Assembly (NCBI GenBank): GCA_964247055.1
Contig: OZ176052.1
Coordinates: 4,154,001 to 4,218,000, forward strand
Length of the DNA: 64,000 nt
DNA from: Paragordius varius
Lineage: Eukaryota > Animalia > Nematomorpha
Direction: 5' to 3'
Of this stretch, positions 1 through 15,000 are shown one piece after another; positions within the stretch are counted from its first letter, which is position 1, and every line of letters begins with the position of its first letter. The position numbers were made by a program, and so were the translations under genes. Below the pieces are notes generated by a model. The model did not search any database. It saw only the letters and a list, made by a program, of their open reading frames with translations, and had not been told where the DNA came from.

Positions 1-3000
1 ACCCAAAACAACCAACATACACTCTATCTATCCTGATACTGTTTCGTGGTTCGGTGACGGATGGATGGAAAATAGAATAATGGGAAAATCTAATAAGACA
101 GTTGCATTAATTAAGCCAAGCCTAACATTAAACCGTCCAGCAAAATCTGTTTCGAATTAGTTCACACCCAAAACAACCAACATACACTCTATCTATCCTG
201 ATACTTTTTCGTGGAGGTTTCGGCGACGAATGGATGGAAAATAGAATAATGGGAAAATCTAATAAGACAGTTGCATTGGCCAAGTCTAAAATTAAACCGT
301 TTAGCAAAATCTGTTTCGAATTGGTTCACACCCAAAACAACCGACATACATTCTATCTATCCTGATACTGTTTCGTGGTGGTTTCGGTGACGGATGGATG
401 GAAAATAGAATAATGGGAAAATCTAATAAGACAGTTGCATTAATTAAGCCAAGCCTAACATTAAACCGTCCAGCAAAATCTGTTTCGAATTAGTTCATAC
501 CCAAAACAACCGACATACACTCTATCTATCCTGATACTGTTTCGTGGTAGTTTCGGTGACGGATGGATGGAAAATAGAATAATGGGAAAATCTGATAAGA
601 CAGTTGCATCAATTTAACCAAGTCTAACATTAAACCGTCCGGCAAAATCTGTTTTTAGTTCACACCCAAAACAACCAACATACACTCTATCTATCCTGAT
701 ACTGTTTCGTGGTAGTTTCGGTGACGGATGGATGGAAAATAGAATAATGGGAAAATCTGATAAGACAGTTGCATCAATTTAACCAAGTCTAACATTAAAC
801 AGTCCGGCAAAATCTGTTTATAGTTCATACCCAAAACAACCAACATACACTCTATCTATCCTGATACTGTTTCGTGGTAGTTTCGGTGACGGATGGATGG
901 AAAATAGAATAATGGGAAAATCTGATAAGACAGTTGCATCAATTTAACCAAGTCTAACATTAAACAGTCCGGCAAAATCTGTTTTTGGTTCATACCCAAA
1001 ACAACCAACCTACACTCTATCTATCCTGAGACTGTTTCGTGGTAGTTTCGGTGACGGATGGATGGAAAATAGAATAATGGGAAAATCTGATAAGACAGTT
1101 GCATCAATTTAACCAAGTCTAACATTAAACCGTCCGGCAAAATCTGTTTTTAGTTCATACCCAAAACAACCAACATACACTCTATCTATCCTGATACTGT
1201 TCCGTGGTAGTTTCGGTGACGGATGGATGGAAAATAGAATAATGGGAAAATCTGATAAGACAGCATCAATTTAACCAAGTCTAACATCAAACCGTCCGGC
1301 AAAATCTGTTTTTAGTTCATACCCAAAACAACCAACATACACTCTATCTATCCTGATACTGTTTCGTGGTAGTTTCGGTGACGGATGGATGGAAAATAGA
1401 ATAAGTGGAAAATCTGATAAGAGAGTTGCATCAATTTAACCAAGTCTAACATTCAACTGTCCGGCAAAATCTGTTTTTAGTTCATACCCAAAATCACCAA
1501 CAACACTCTATCTATCCTGATACTGTTTCGTGGTAGTTTCGGTGACGGATGGATGGAAAATAGAATAAGTGGAAAATCTGATAAGACAGTTGCAATAATT
1601 TAACCAAGTCTAACATTAAACTGTCCGGCAAAATCTGTTTTTAGTTCATACCCAAAATCACCAACAACACTCTATCTATCCTGATACTGTTTCGTGGTAG
1701 TTTCGGTGACGGATGGATGGAAAATAGAATAATGGGAAAATCTGATAAGACAGTTGCATCAATTTAACCAAGTCTAACATTAAACCGTCCGGCAAAATCT
1801 GTTTTTAGTTCATACCCAAAACAACCAACATACACTCTATCTATCCTGATACTGTTTCGTGGTAGTTTCGGTGACGGATGGATGGAAAATAGAATAATGG
1901 GAAAATCTGATAAGACAGTTGCATCAATTTAACCAAGTCTAACATTAAACCGTCCGGCAAAATCTGTTTTTAGTTTATACCCAAAACAACCAACATACAC
2001 TCTATCTATCCTGATACTGTTTCGTGGTAGTTTCGGTGACGGATGGATGGAAAATAGAATAATGGGAAAATCTGATAAGACAGTTGCATCAATTTAACCA
2101 AGTCTAACATTAAACCGTCCGGCAAAATCTGTTTTTAGTTCATACCCAAAACAACCAACAACACTCTATCTATCCTGATACTGTTTCGTGGTAGTTTCGG
2201 TGACGGATGGATGGAAAATAGAATAATGGGAAAATCTGATAAGACAGTTGCATCAATTTAACCAAGTCTAACATTAAACCGTCCGGCAAAATCTGTTTTT
2301 AGTTCATACCCAAAACAACCTACATACACTCTATCTATCCTGATACTGTTTCGTGGTAGTTTCGGTGACGGATGGATGGAAAATAGAATAATGGGAAAAT
2401 CTGATAAGACAGTTGCATCAATTTAACCAAGTCTAACATTAAACCGTCCGGCAAAATCTGTTTTTAGTTCATACCCAAAACAACCAACATACACTCTATC
2501 TATCCTGATACTGTTTCGTGGTAGTTTCGGTGACGGATGGATGGAAAATAGAATAATGGGAAAATCTAATAAGACAGTTGCATTAATTAAGCCAAGTCTA
2601 ACATCAGCCCGTCCGGCAAAATCTGTTTTTAGTTCATACCCAAAACAACCAACATACACTCTATCTATCCTGATACTGTTTCGTGGTAGTTTCGGTGACG
2701 GATGGATGGAAAATAGAATAATGGGAAAATTTGATAAGACAGTTGCATCAATTTAACCAAGTCTAACATTAAACCGTCCGGCAAAATCTGTTTTTAGTTG
2801 ACACCCAAAACAACCAACATACACTCTATCTATCCTGATACTGTTTCGTGGTAGTTTCGGTGACGGATGGATGGAAAATAGAATAATGGGAAAATCTGAT
2901 AAGACAGTTGCATCAATTTAACCAAGTCTAACATTAAACCGTCCGGCAAAATCTGTTTTTAGTTCATACCCAAAACAACCAACATACACTCTATCTATCC

Positions 3001-6000
3001 TGATACTGTTTCGTGGTAGTTTCGGTGACGGATGGATGGAAAATAGAAAAATGGGAAAATCTGATAAGACAGTTGCATCAATTTAACCAAGTCTAACATT
3101 AAACCGTCCGGCAAAATCTGTTTTTAGTTCATACCCAAAACAACCAACATACACTCTATCTATCCTGATACTGTTTCGTGGTAGTTTCGGTGACGGATGG
3201 ATGGAAAATAGAATAATGGGAAAATCTGATAAGACAGTTGCATCAATTTAACCAAGTCTAACATTAAACCGTCCGGCAAAATCTGTTTTTAGTTCATACC
3301 CAAAACAACCAACATACACTCTATTTATCCTGATACTGTTTCGTGGTAGTTTCGGTGACGGATGGATGGAAAATAGAATAATGGGAAAATCTGATAAGAC
3401 AGCATAAATTTAACCAAGTCTAACATCAAACCGTCCGGCAAAATCTGTTTTTAGTTCATACCCAAAACAACCAACATACACTCTATCTATCCTGATACTG
3501 TTTCGTGGTAGTTTCGGTCACGGATGGATGGAAAATAGAATAAGTGGAAAATCTGATAAGACAGTTGCATCAATTTAACCAAGTCTAACATTCAACCGTC
3601 CGGCAAAATCTGTTTTTAGTTCATACCCAAAACAACCAACAACACTCTATCTATCCTGATACTGTTTCGTGGTAGTTTCGGTGACGGATGGATGCAAAAT
3701 AGAATAATGGGAAAATCTGATAAGACAGTTGCATCAATTTAACCAAGTCTAACATTAAACCGTCCGGCAAAATCTGTTTTTAGTTCATACCCAAAACAAC
3801 CAACATACACTCTATCTATCCTGATACTGTTTCGTGGTAGTTTCGGTGACGGATGGATGGAAAATAGAATAAGTGGAAAATCTGATAAGACAGTTGCATC
3901 AATTTAACCAAGTCTAACATTCAACCATCCGGCAAAATCTGTTTTTAGTTCATACCCAAAACAACCAACAACACTCTATCTATCCTGATACTGTTTCGTG
4001 GTAGTTTCGGTGACGGATGGATGCAAAATAGAATAATGGGAAAATCTGATAAGACAGTTGCATCAATTTAACCAAGTCTAACATTAAACCGTCCGGCAAA
4101 ATCTGTTTTTAGTTCATACCCAAAACAACCAACATACACTCTATCTATCCTGATACTGTTTCGTGGTAGTTTCGGTGACGGATGGATGGAAAATAGAATA
4201 AGTGGAAAATCTGATAAGACAGTTGCATCAATTTAACCTAGTCTAACATTAAACCGTCCGGCAAAATCTGTTTTTAATTCATACCCAAAACAACCAACAA
4301 CACTCTATCTATCCTGATACTGTTTCGTGGTAGTTTCGGTGACGGATGGATGCAAAATAGAATAATGGGAAAATCTGATAAGACAGTTGCATTAATTTAA
4401 CCAAGTTTAACATTAAACCGTCCGGCAAAATCTGTTTTTAGTTCATACCCAAAACAACCAACATACACTCTATCTATCCTGATACTGTTTCGTGGTAGTT
4501 TCGGTGACGGATGGATGGAAAATAGAATAAGTGGAAAATCTGATAAGACAGTTGCATCAATTTAACCAAGTCTAACATTCAACCGTCCGGCAAAATCTGT
4601 TTTTAGTTCATACCCAAAACAACCAACAACACTCTATCTATCCTGATACTGTTTCGTGGTAGTTTCGGTGACGGATGGATGGAAAATAGAATAATGGGAA
4701 AATCTGATAAGACAGTTGCATCAATTTAACCAAGTCTAACATTAAACCGTCCGGCAAAATCTGTTTTTAGTTCATACCCAAAACAACCAACATACACTCT
4801 ATCTATCCTGATACTGTTTCGTGGTAGTTTCGGTGACGGATGGATGGAAAATAGAATAATGGGAAAATCTAATAAGACAGTTGCATTAATTAAGCCAAGT
4901 CTAACATCAGCCCGTCCGGCAAAATCTGTTTTTAGTTCATACCCAAAACAACCAACATACACTCTATCTATCCTGATACTGTTTCGTGGTAGTTTCGGTG
5001 ACGGATGGATGGAAAATAGAATAAGTGGAAAATCTGATAAGACAGTTGCATCAATTTAACCAAGTCTAACATTCAACCGTCCGGCAAAATCTGTTTTTAG
5101 TTCATACCCAAAACAACCAACAACACTCTATCTATCCTGATACTGTTTCGTGGTAGTTTCGGTGACGGATGGATGCAAAATAGAATAATGGGAAAATCTG
5201 ATAAGACAGTTGCATCAATTTAACCAAGTCTAACATTAAACCGTCCGGCAAAATCTGTTTTTAGTTCATACCCAAAACAACCTACATACACTCTATCTAT
5301 CCTGATACTGTTTCGTGGTAGTTTCGGTGACGGATGGATGGAAAATAGAATAATGGGAAAATCTGATAAGACAGTTGCATCAATTTAACCAAGTCTAACA
5401 TTAAACCGTCCGGCAAAATCTGTTTTTAGTTCATACCCAAAACAACCAACATACACTCTATCTATCCTGATACTGTTTCGTGGTAGTTTCGGTGACGGAT
5501 GGATGCAAAATAGAATAATGGGAAAATCTGATAAGACAGTTGCATCAATTTAACCAAGTTTAACATTAAACCGTCCGGCAAAATCTGTTTTTAGTTCATA
5601 CCCAAAACAACCAACATACACTCTATCTATCCTGATACTGTTTCGTGGTAGTTTCGGTGACGGATGGATGGAAAATAGAATAAGTGGAAAATCTGATAAG
5701 ACAGTTGCATCAATTTAACCAAGTCTAACATTCAACCGTCCGGCAAAATCTGTTTTTAGTTCATACCCAAAACAACCAACAACACTCTATCTATCCTGAT
5801 ACTGTTTCGTGGTAGTTTCGGTGACGGATGGATGCAAAATAGAATAATGGGAAAATCTGATAAGACAGTTGCATCAATTTAACCAAGTCTAACATTAAAC
5901 CGTCCGGCAAAATCTGTTTTTAGTTCATACCCAAAACAACCTACATACACTCTATCTATCCTGATACTGTTTCGTGGTAGTTTCGGTGACGGATGGATGG

Positions 6001-9000
6001 AAAATAGAATAATGGGAAAATCTGATAAGACAGTTGCATCAATTTAACCAAGTCTAACATTAAACCGTCCGGCAAAATCTGTTTTTAGTTCATACCCAAA
6101 ACAACCAACATACACTCTATCTATCCTGATACTGTTTCGTGGTAGTTTCGGTGACGGATGGATGGAAAATAGAATAATGGGAAAATCTGATAAGACAGTT
6201 GCATCAATTTAACCAAGTCTAACATTAAACCGTCCGGCAAAATCTGTTTTTAGTTTATACCCAAAACAACCAACATACACTCTATCTATCCTGATACTGT
6301 TTCGTGGTAGTTTCGGTGACGGATGGATGGAAAATAGAATAATGGGAAAATCTGATAAGACAGTTGCATCAATTTAACCAAGTCTAACATTAAACCGTCC
6401 GGCAAAATCTGTTTTTAGTTCATACCCAAAACAACCAACAACACTCTATCTATCCTGATACTGTTTCGTGGTAGTTTCGGTGACGGATGGATGGAAAATA
6501 GAATAATGGGAAAATCTGATAAGACAGTTGCATCAATTTAACCAAGTCTAACATTAAACCGTCCGGCAAAATCTGTTTTTAGTTCATACCCAAAACAACC
6601 TACATACACTCTATCTATCCTGATACTGTTTCGTGGTAGTTTCGGTGACGGATGGATGGAAAATAGAATAATGGGAAAATCTGATAAGACAGTTGCATCA
6701 ATTTAACCAAGTCTAACATTAAACCGTCCGGCAAAATCTGTTTTTAGTTCATACCCAAAACAACCAACATACACTCTATCTATCCTGATACTGTTTCGTG
6801 GTAGTTTCGGTGACGGATGGATGGAAAATAGAATAATGGGAAAATCTAATAAGACAGTTGCATTAATTAAGCCAAGTCTAACATCAGCCCGTCCGGCAAA
6901 ATCTGTTTTTAGTTCATACCCAAAACAACCAACATACACTCTATCTATCCTGATACTGTTTCGTGGTAGTTTCGGTGACGGATGGATGGAAAATAGAATA
7001 ATGGGAAAATTTGATAAGACAGTTGCATCAATTTAACCAAGTCTAACATTAAACCGTCCGGCAAAATCTGTTTTTAGTTGACACCCAAAACAACCAACAT
7101 ACACTCTATCTATCCTGATACTGTTTCGTGGTAGTTTCGGTGACGGATGGATGGAAAATAGAATAATGGGAAAATCTGATAAGACAGTTGCATCAATTTA
7201 ACCAAGTCTAACATTAAACCGTCCGGCAAAATCTGTTTTTAGTTCATACCCAAAACAACCAACATACACTCTATCTATCCTGATACTGTTTCGTGGTAGT
7301 TTCGGTGACGGATGGATGGAAAATAGAAAAATGGGAAAATCTGATAAGACAGTTGCATCAATTTAACCAAGTCTAACATTAAACCGTCCGGCAAAATCTG
7401 TTTTTAGTTCATACCCAAAACAACCAACATACACTCTATCTATCCTGATACTGTTTCGTGGTAGTTTCGGTGACGGATGGATGGAAAATAGAATAATGGG
7501 AAAATCTGATAAGACAGTTGCATCAATTTAACCAAGTCTAACATTAAACCGTCCGGCAAAATCTGTTTTTAGTTCATACCCAAAACAACCAACATACACT
7601 CTATTTATCCTGATACTGTTTCGTGGTAGTTTCGGTGACGGATGGATGGAAAATAGAATAATGGGAAAATCTGATAAGACAGCATAAATTTAACCAAGTC
7701 TAACATCAAACCGTCCGGCAAAATCTGTTTTTAGTTCATACCCAAAACAACCAACATACACTCTATCTATCCTGATACTGTTTCGTGGTAGTTTCGGTCA
7801 CGGATGGATGGAAAATAGAATAAGTGGAAAATCTGATAAGAAAGTTGCATCAATTTAACCAAGTCTAACATTCAACCGTCCGGCAAAATCTGTTTTTAGT
7901 TCATACCCAAAACAACCAACAACACTCTATCTATCCTGATACTGTTTCGTGGTAGTTTCGGTGACGGATGGATGCAAAATAGAATAATGGGAAAATCTGA
8001 TAAGACAGTTGCATCAATTTAACCAAGTCTAACATTAAACCGTCCGGCAAAATCTGTTTTTAGTTCATACCCAAAACAACCAACATACACTCTATCTATC
8101 CTGATACTGTTTCGTGGTAGTTTCGGTGACGGATGGATGGAAAATAGAATAAGTGGAAAATCTGATAAGACAGTTGCATCAATTTAACCAAGTCTAACAT
8201 TCAACCATCCGGCAAAATCTGTTTTTAGTTCATACCCAAAACAACCAACAACACTCTATCTATCCTGATACTGTTTCGTGGTAGTTTCGGTGACGGATGG
8301 ATGCAAAATAGAATAATGGGAAAATCTGATAAGACAGTTGCATCAATTTAACCAAGTCTAACATTAAACCGTCCGGCAAAATCTGTTTTTAGTTCATACC
8401 CAAAACAACCAACATACACTCTATCTATCCTGATACTGTTTCGTGGTAGTTTCGGTGACGGATGGATGGAAAATAGAATAAGTGGAAAATCTGATAAGAC
8501 AGTTGCATCAATTTAACCTAGTCTAACATTAAACCGTCCGGCAAAATCTGTTTTTAATTCATACCCAAAACAACCAACAACACTCTATCTATCCTGATAC
8601 TGTTTCGTGGTAGTTTCGGTGACGGATGGATGCAAAATAGAATAATGGGAAAATCTGATAAGACAGTTGCATTAATTTAACCAAGTTTAACATTAAACCG
8701 TCCGGCAAAATCTGTTTTTAGTTCATACCCAAAACAACCAACATACACTCTATCTATCCTGATACTGTTTCGTGGTAGTTTCGGTGACGGATGGATGGAA
8801 AATAGAATAAGTGGAAAATCTGATAAGACAGTTGCATCAATTTAACCAAGTCTAACATTCAACCGTCCGGCAAAATCTGTTTTTAGTTCATACCCAAAAC
8901 AACCAACAACACTCTATCTATCCTGATACTGTTTCGTGGTAGTTTCGGTGACGGATGGATGGAAAATAGAATAATGGGAAAATCTGATAAGACAGTTGCA

Positions 9001-12000
9001 TCAATTTAACCAAGTCTAACATTAAACCGTCCGGCAAAATCTGTTTTTAGTTCATACCCAAAACAACCAACATACACTCTATCTATCCTGATACTGTTTC
9101 GTGGTAGTTTCGGTGACGGATGGATGGAAAATAGAATAATGGGAAAATCTAATAAGACAGTTGCATTAATTAAGCCAAGTCTAACATCAGCCCGTCCGGC
9201 AAAATCTGTTTTTAGTTCATACCCAAAACAACCAACATACACTCTATCTATCCTGATACTGTTTCGTGGTAGTTTCGGTGACGGATGGATGGAAAATAGA
9301 ATAAGTGGAAAATCTGATAAGACAGTTGCATCAATTTAACCAAGTCTAACATTCAACCGTCCGGCAAAATCTGTTTTTAGTTCATACCCAAAACAACCAA
9401 CAACACTCTATCTATCCTGATACTGTTTCGTGGTAGTTTCGGTGACGGATGGATGCAAAATAGAATAATGGGAAAATCTGATAAGACAGTTGCATCAATT
9501 TAACCAAGTCTAACATTAAACCGTCCGGCAAAATCTGTTTTTAGTTCATACCCAAAACAACCTACATACACTCTATCTATCCTGATACTGTTTCGTGGTA
9601 GTTTCGGTGACGGATGGATGGAAAATAGAATAATGGGAAAATCTGATAAGACAGTTGCATCAATTTAACCAAGTCTAACATTAAACCGTCCGGCAAAATC
9701 TGTTTTTAGTTCATACCCAAAACAACCAACATACACTCTATCTATCCTGATACTGTTTCGTGGTAGTTTCGGTGACGGATGGATGCAAAATAGAATAATG
9801 GGAAAATCTGATAAGACAGTTGCATCAATTTAACCAAGTTTAACATTAAACCGTCCGGCAAAATCTGTTTTTAGTTCATACCCAAAACAACCAACATACA
9901 CTCTATCTATCCTGATACTGTTTCGTGGTAGTTTCGGTGACGGATGGATGGAAAATAGAATAAGTGGAAAATCTGATAAGACAGTTGCATCAATTTAACC
10001 AAGTCTAACATTCAACCGTCCGGCAAAATCTGTTTTTAGTTCATACCCAAAACAACCAACAACACTCTATCTATCCTGATACTGTTTCGTGGTAGTTTCG
10101 GTGACGGATGGATGCAAAATAGAATAATGGGAAAATCTGATAAGACAGTTGCATCAATTTAACCAAGTCTAACATTAAACCGTCCGGCAAAATCTGTTTT
10201 TAGTTCATACCCAAAACAACCTACATACACTCTATCTATCCTGATACTGTTTCGTGGTAGTTTCGGTGACGGATGGATGGAAAATAGAATAATGGGAAAA
10301 TCTGATAAGACAGTTGCATCAATTTAACCAAGTCTAACATTAAACCGTCCGGCAAAATCTGTTTTTAGTTCATACCCAAAACAACCAACATACACTCTAT
10401 CTATCCTGATACTGTTTCGTGGTAGTTTCGGTGACGGATGGATGGAAAATAGAATAATGGGAAAATCTAATAAGACAGTTGCATTAATTAAGCCAAGTCT
10501 AACATCAGCCCGTCCGGCAAAATCTGTTTTTAGTTCATACCCAAAACAACCTACATACACTCTATCTATCCTGATACTGTTTCGTGGTAGTTTCGGTGAC
10601 GGATGGATGGAAAATAGAATAATGGGAAAATCTGATAAGACAGTTGCATCAATTTAACCAAGTCTAACATTAAACCGTCCGGCAAAATCTGTTTTTAGTT
10701 CATACCCAAAACAACCAACATACACTCTATCTATCCTGATACTGTTTCGTGGTAGTTTCGGTGACGGATGGATGGAAAATAGAATAATGGGAAAATCTGA
10801 TAAGACAGTTCCATCAATTTAACCAAGTCTAACATTAAACCGTCCGGCAAAATCTGTTTTTAGTTTATACCCAAAACAACCAACATACACTCTATCTATC
10901 CTGATACTGTTTCGTGGTAGTTTCGGTGACGGATGGATGGAAAATAGAATAATGGGAAAATCTGATAAGACAGTTGCATCAATTTAACCAAGTCTAACAT
11001 TAAACCGTCCGGCAAAATCTGTTTTTAGTTCATACCCAAAACAACCAACAACACTCTATCTATCCTGATACTGTTTCGTGGTAGTTTCGGTGACGGATGG
11101 ATGGAAAATAGAATAATGGGAAAATCTGATAAGACAGTTGCATCAATTTAACCAAGTCTAACATTAAACCGTCCGGCAAAATCTGTTTTTAGTTCATACC
11201 CAAAACAACCTACATACACTCTATCTATCCTGATACTGTTTCGTGGTAGTTTCGGTGACGGATGGATGGAAAATAGAATAATGGGAAAATCTAATAAGAC
11301 AGTTGCATTAATTAAGCCAAGTCTAACATCAGCCCGTCCGGCAAAATCTGTTTTTAGTTCATACCCAAAACAACCAACATACACTCTATCTATCCTGATA
11401 CTGTTTCGTGGTAGTTTCGGTGACGGATGGATGGAAAATAGAATAATGGGAAAATTTGATAAGACAGTTGCATCAATTTAACCAAGTCTAACATTAAACC
11501 GTCCGGCAAAATCTGTTTTTAGTTGACACCCAAAACAACCAACATACACTCTATCTATCCTGATACTGTTTCGTGGTAGTTTCGGTGACGGATGGATGGA
11601 AAATAGAATAATGGGAAAATCTGATAAGACAGTTGCATCAATTTAACCAAGTCTAACATTAAACCGTCCGGCAAAATCTGTTTTTAGTTCATACCCAAAA
11701 CAACCAACATACACTCTATCTATCCTGATACTGTTTCGTGGTAGTTTCGGTGACGGATGGATGGAAAATAGAAAAATGGGAAAATCTGATAAGACAGTTG
11801 CATCAATTTAACCAAGTCTAACATTAAACCGTCCGGCAAAATCTGTTTTTAGTTCATACCCAAAACAACCAACATACACTCTATCTATCCTGATACTGTT
11901 TCGTGGTAGTTTCGGTGACGGATGGATGGAAAATAGAATAATGGGAAAATCTGATAAGACAGTTGCATCAATTTAACCAAGTCTAACATTAAACCGTCCG

Positions 12001-15000
12001 GCAAAATCTGTTTTTAGTTCATACCCAAAACAACCAACATACACTCTATTTATCCTGATACTGTTTCGTGGTAGTTTCGGTGACGGATGGATGGAAAATA
12101 GAATAATGGGAAAATCTGATAAGACAGCATAAATTTAACCAAGTCTAACATCAAACCGTCCGGCAAAATCTGTTTTTAGTTCATACCCAAAACAACCAAC
12201 ATACACTCTATCTATCCTGATACTGTTTCGTGGTAGTTTCGGTGACGGATGGATGGAAAATAGAATAAGTGGAAAATCTGATAAGACAGTTGCATCAATT
12301 TAACCAAGTCTAACATTCAACCGTCCGGCAAAATCTGTTTTTAGTTCATACCCAAAACAACCAACAACACTCTATCTATCCTGATACTGTTTCGTGGTAG
12401 TTTCGGTGACGGATGGATGCAAAATAGAATAATGGGAAAATCTGATAAGACAGTTGCATCAATTTAACCAAGTCTAACATTAAACCGTCCGGCAAAATCT
12501 GTTTTTAGTTCATACCCAAAACAACCAACATACACTCTATCTATCCTGATACTGTTTCGTGGTAGTTTCGGTGACGGATGGATGGAAAATAGAATAAGTG
12601 GAAAATCTGATAAGACAGTTGCATCAATTTAACCAAGTCTAACATTCAACCGTCCGGCAAAATCTGTTTTTAGTTCATACCCAAAACAACCAACAACACT
12701 CTATCTATCCTGATACTGTTTCGTGGTAGTTTCGGTGACGGATGGATGCAAAATAGAATAATGGGAAAATCTGATAAGACAGTTGCATCAATTTAACCAA
12801 GTCTAACATTAAACCGTCCGGCAAAATCTGTTTTTAGTTCATACCCAAAACAACCAACATACACTCTATCTATCCTGATACTGTTTCGTGGTAGTTTCGG
12901 TGACGGATGGATGGAAAATAGAATAAGTGGAAAATCTGATAAGACAGTTGCATCAATTTAACCAAGTCTAACATTCAACCGTCCGGCAAAATCTGTTTTT
13001 AGTTCATACCCAAAACAACCAACAACACTCTATCTATCCTGATACTGTTTCGTGGTAGTTTCGGTGACGGATGGATGCAAAATAGAATAATGGGAAAATC
13101 TGATAAGACAGGTGCATCAATTTAACCAAGTTTAACATTAAACCGTCCGGCAAAATCTGTTTTTAGTTCATACCCAAAACAACCAACATACACTCTATCT
13201 ATCCTGATACTGTTTCGTGGTAGTTTCGGTGACGGATGGATGGAAAATAGAATAAGTGGAAAATCTGATAAGACAGTTGCATCAATTTAACCAAGTCTAA
13301 CATTCAACCGTCCGGCAAAATCTGTTTTTAGTTCATACCCAAAACAACCAACAACACTCTATCTATCCTGATACTGTTTCGTGGTAGTTTCGGTGACGGA
13401 TGGATGCAAAATAGAATAATGGGAAAATCTGATAAGACAGTTGCATCAATTTAACCAAGTCTAACATTAAACCGTCCGGCAAAATCTGTTTTTAGTTCAT
13501 ACCCAAAACAACCTACATACACTCTATCTATCCTGATACTGTTTCGTGGTAGTTTCGGTGACGGATGGATGGAAAATAGAATAATGGGAAAATCTGATAA
13601 GACAGTTGCATCAATTTAACCAAGTCTAACATTAAACCGTCCGGCAAAATCTGTTTTTAGTTCATACCCAAAACAACCAACATACACTCTATCTATCCTG
13701 ATACTGTTTCGTGGTAGTTTCGGTGACGGATGGATGGAAAATAGAATAATGGGAAAATCTAATAAGACAGTTGCATTAATTAAGCCAAGTCTAACATCAG
13801 CCCGTCCGGCAAAATCTGTTTTTAGTTCATACCCAAAACAACCAACATACACTCTATCTATCCTGATTCTGTTTCGTGGTAGTTTCGGTGACGGATGGAT
13901 GGAAAATAGAATAATGGGAAAATCTGATAAGACAGTTGCATCAATTTACCCAAGTCTAACATTAAACCGTCCGGCAAAATCTGTTTTTAGTTCATACCCA
14001 AAACAACCAACATACACTCTATCTATCCTGATACTGTTTCGTGGTAGTTTCGGTGACGGATGGATGGAAAATAGAATAAGTGGAAAATCTGATAAGACAG
14101 TTGCATCAATTTAACCAAGTCTAACATTAAACCGTCCGGCAAAATCTGTTTTTAGTTCATACCCAAAACAACCAACATACACTCTATCTATCCTGATACT
14201 GTTTCGTGGTAGTTTCGGTGACGGATGGATGGAAAATAGAATAAGTGGAAAATCTGATAAGACAGTTGCATCAATTTAACCAAGTCTAACATTCAACCGT
14301 CCGGCAAAATCTGTTTTTAGTTCATACCCAAAACAACCAACAACACTCTATCTATCCTGATACTGTTTCGTGGTAGTTTCGGTGACGGATGGATGCAAAA
14401 TAGAATAATGGGAAAATCTGATAAGACAGTTGCATCAATTTAACCAAGTCTAACATTAAACCGTCCGGCAAAATCTGTTTTTAGTTCATACCCAAAACAA
14501 CCAACATACACTCTATCTATCCTGATACTGTTTCGTGGTAGTTTCGGTGACGGATGGATGGAAAATAGAATAAGTGGAAAATCTGATAAGACAGTTGCAT
14601 CAATTTAACCAAGTCTAACATTCAACCGTCCGGCAAAATCTGTTTTTAGTTCATACCCAAAACAACCAACAACACTCTATCTATCCTGATACTGTTTCGT
14701 GGTAGTTTCGGTGACGGATGGATGCAAAATAGAATAATGGGAAAATCTGATAAGACAGTTGCATCAATTTAACCAAGTTTAACATTAAACCGTCCGGCAA
14801 AATCTGTTTTTAGTTCATACCCAAAACAACCAACATACACTCTATCTATCCTGATACTGTTTCGTGGTAGTTTCGGTGACGGATGGATGGAAAATAGAAT
14901 AAGTGGAAAATCTGATAAGACAGTTGCATCAATTTAACCAAGTCTAACATTAAACCGTCCGGCAAAATCTGTTTTTAGTTCATACCCAAAACAACCAACA

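Noticed and set aside
1855-1872. CENP-B box (TTTCGTGGTAGTTTCGG)
   Set aside because: It matches TTCG....A, but the CGGG half is displaced by 2 nt and incomplete, so it does not fit NTTCGNNNNANNCGGGN.
1846-1890. Hammerhead or twister ribozyme in the satellite monomer
   Set aside because: The CTGA words are followed by TAC or TAA, not the required CUGANGA. The GAAAC words are on the opposite strand, and no twister core was found.
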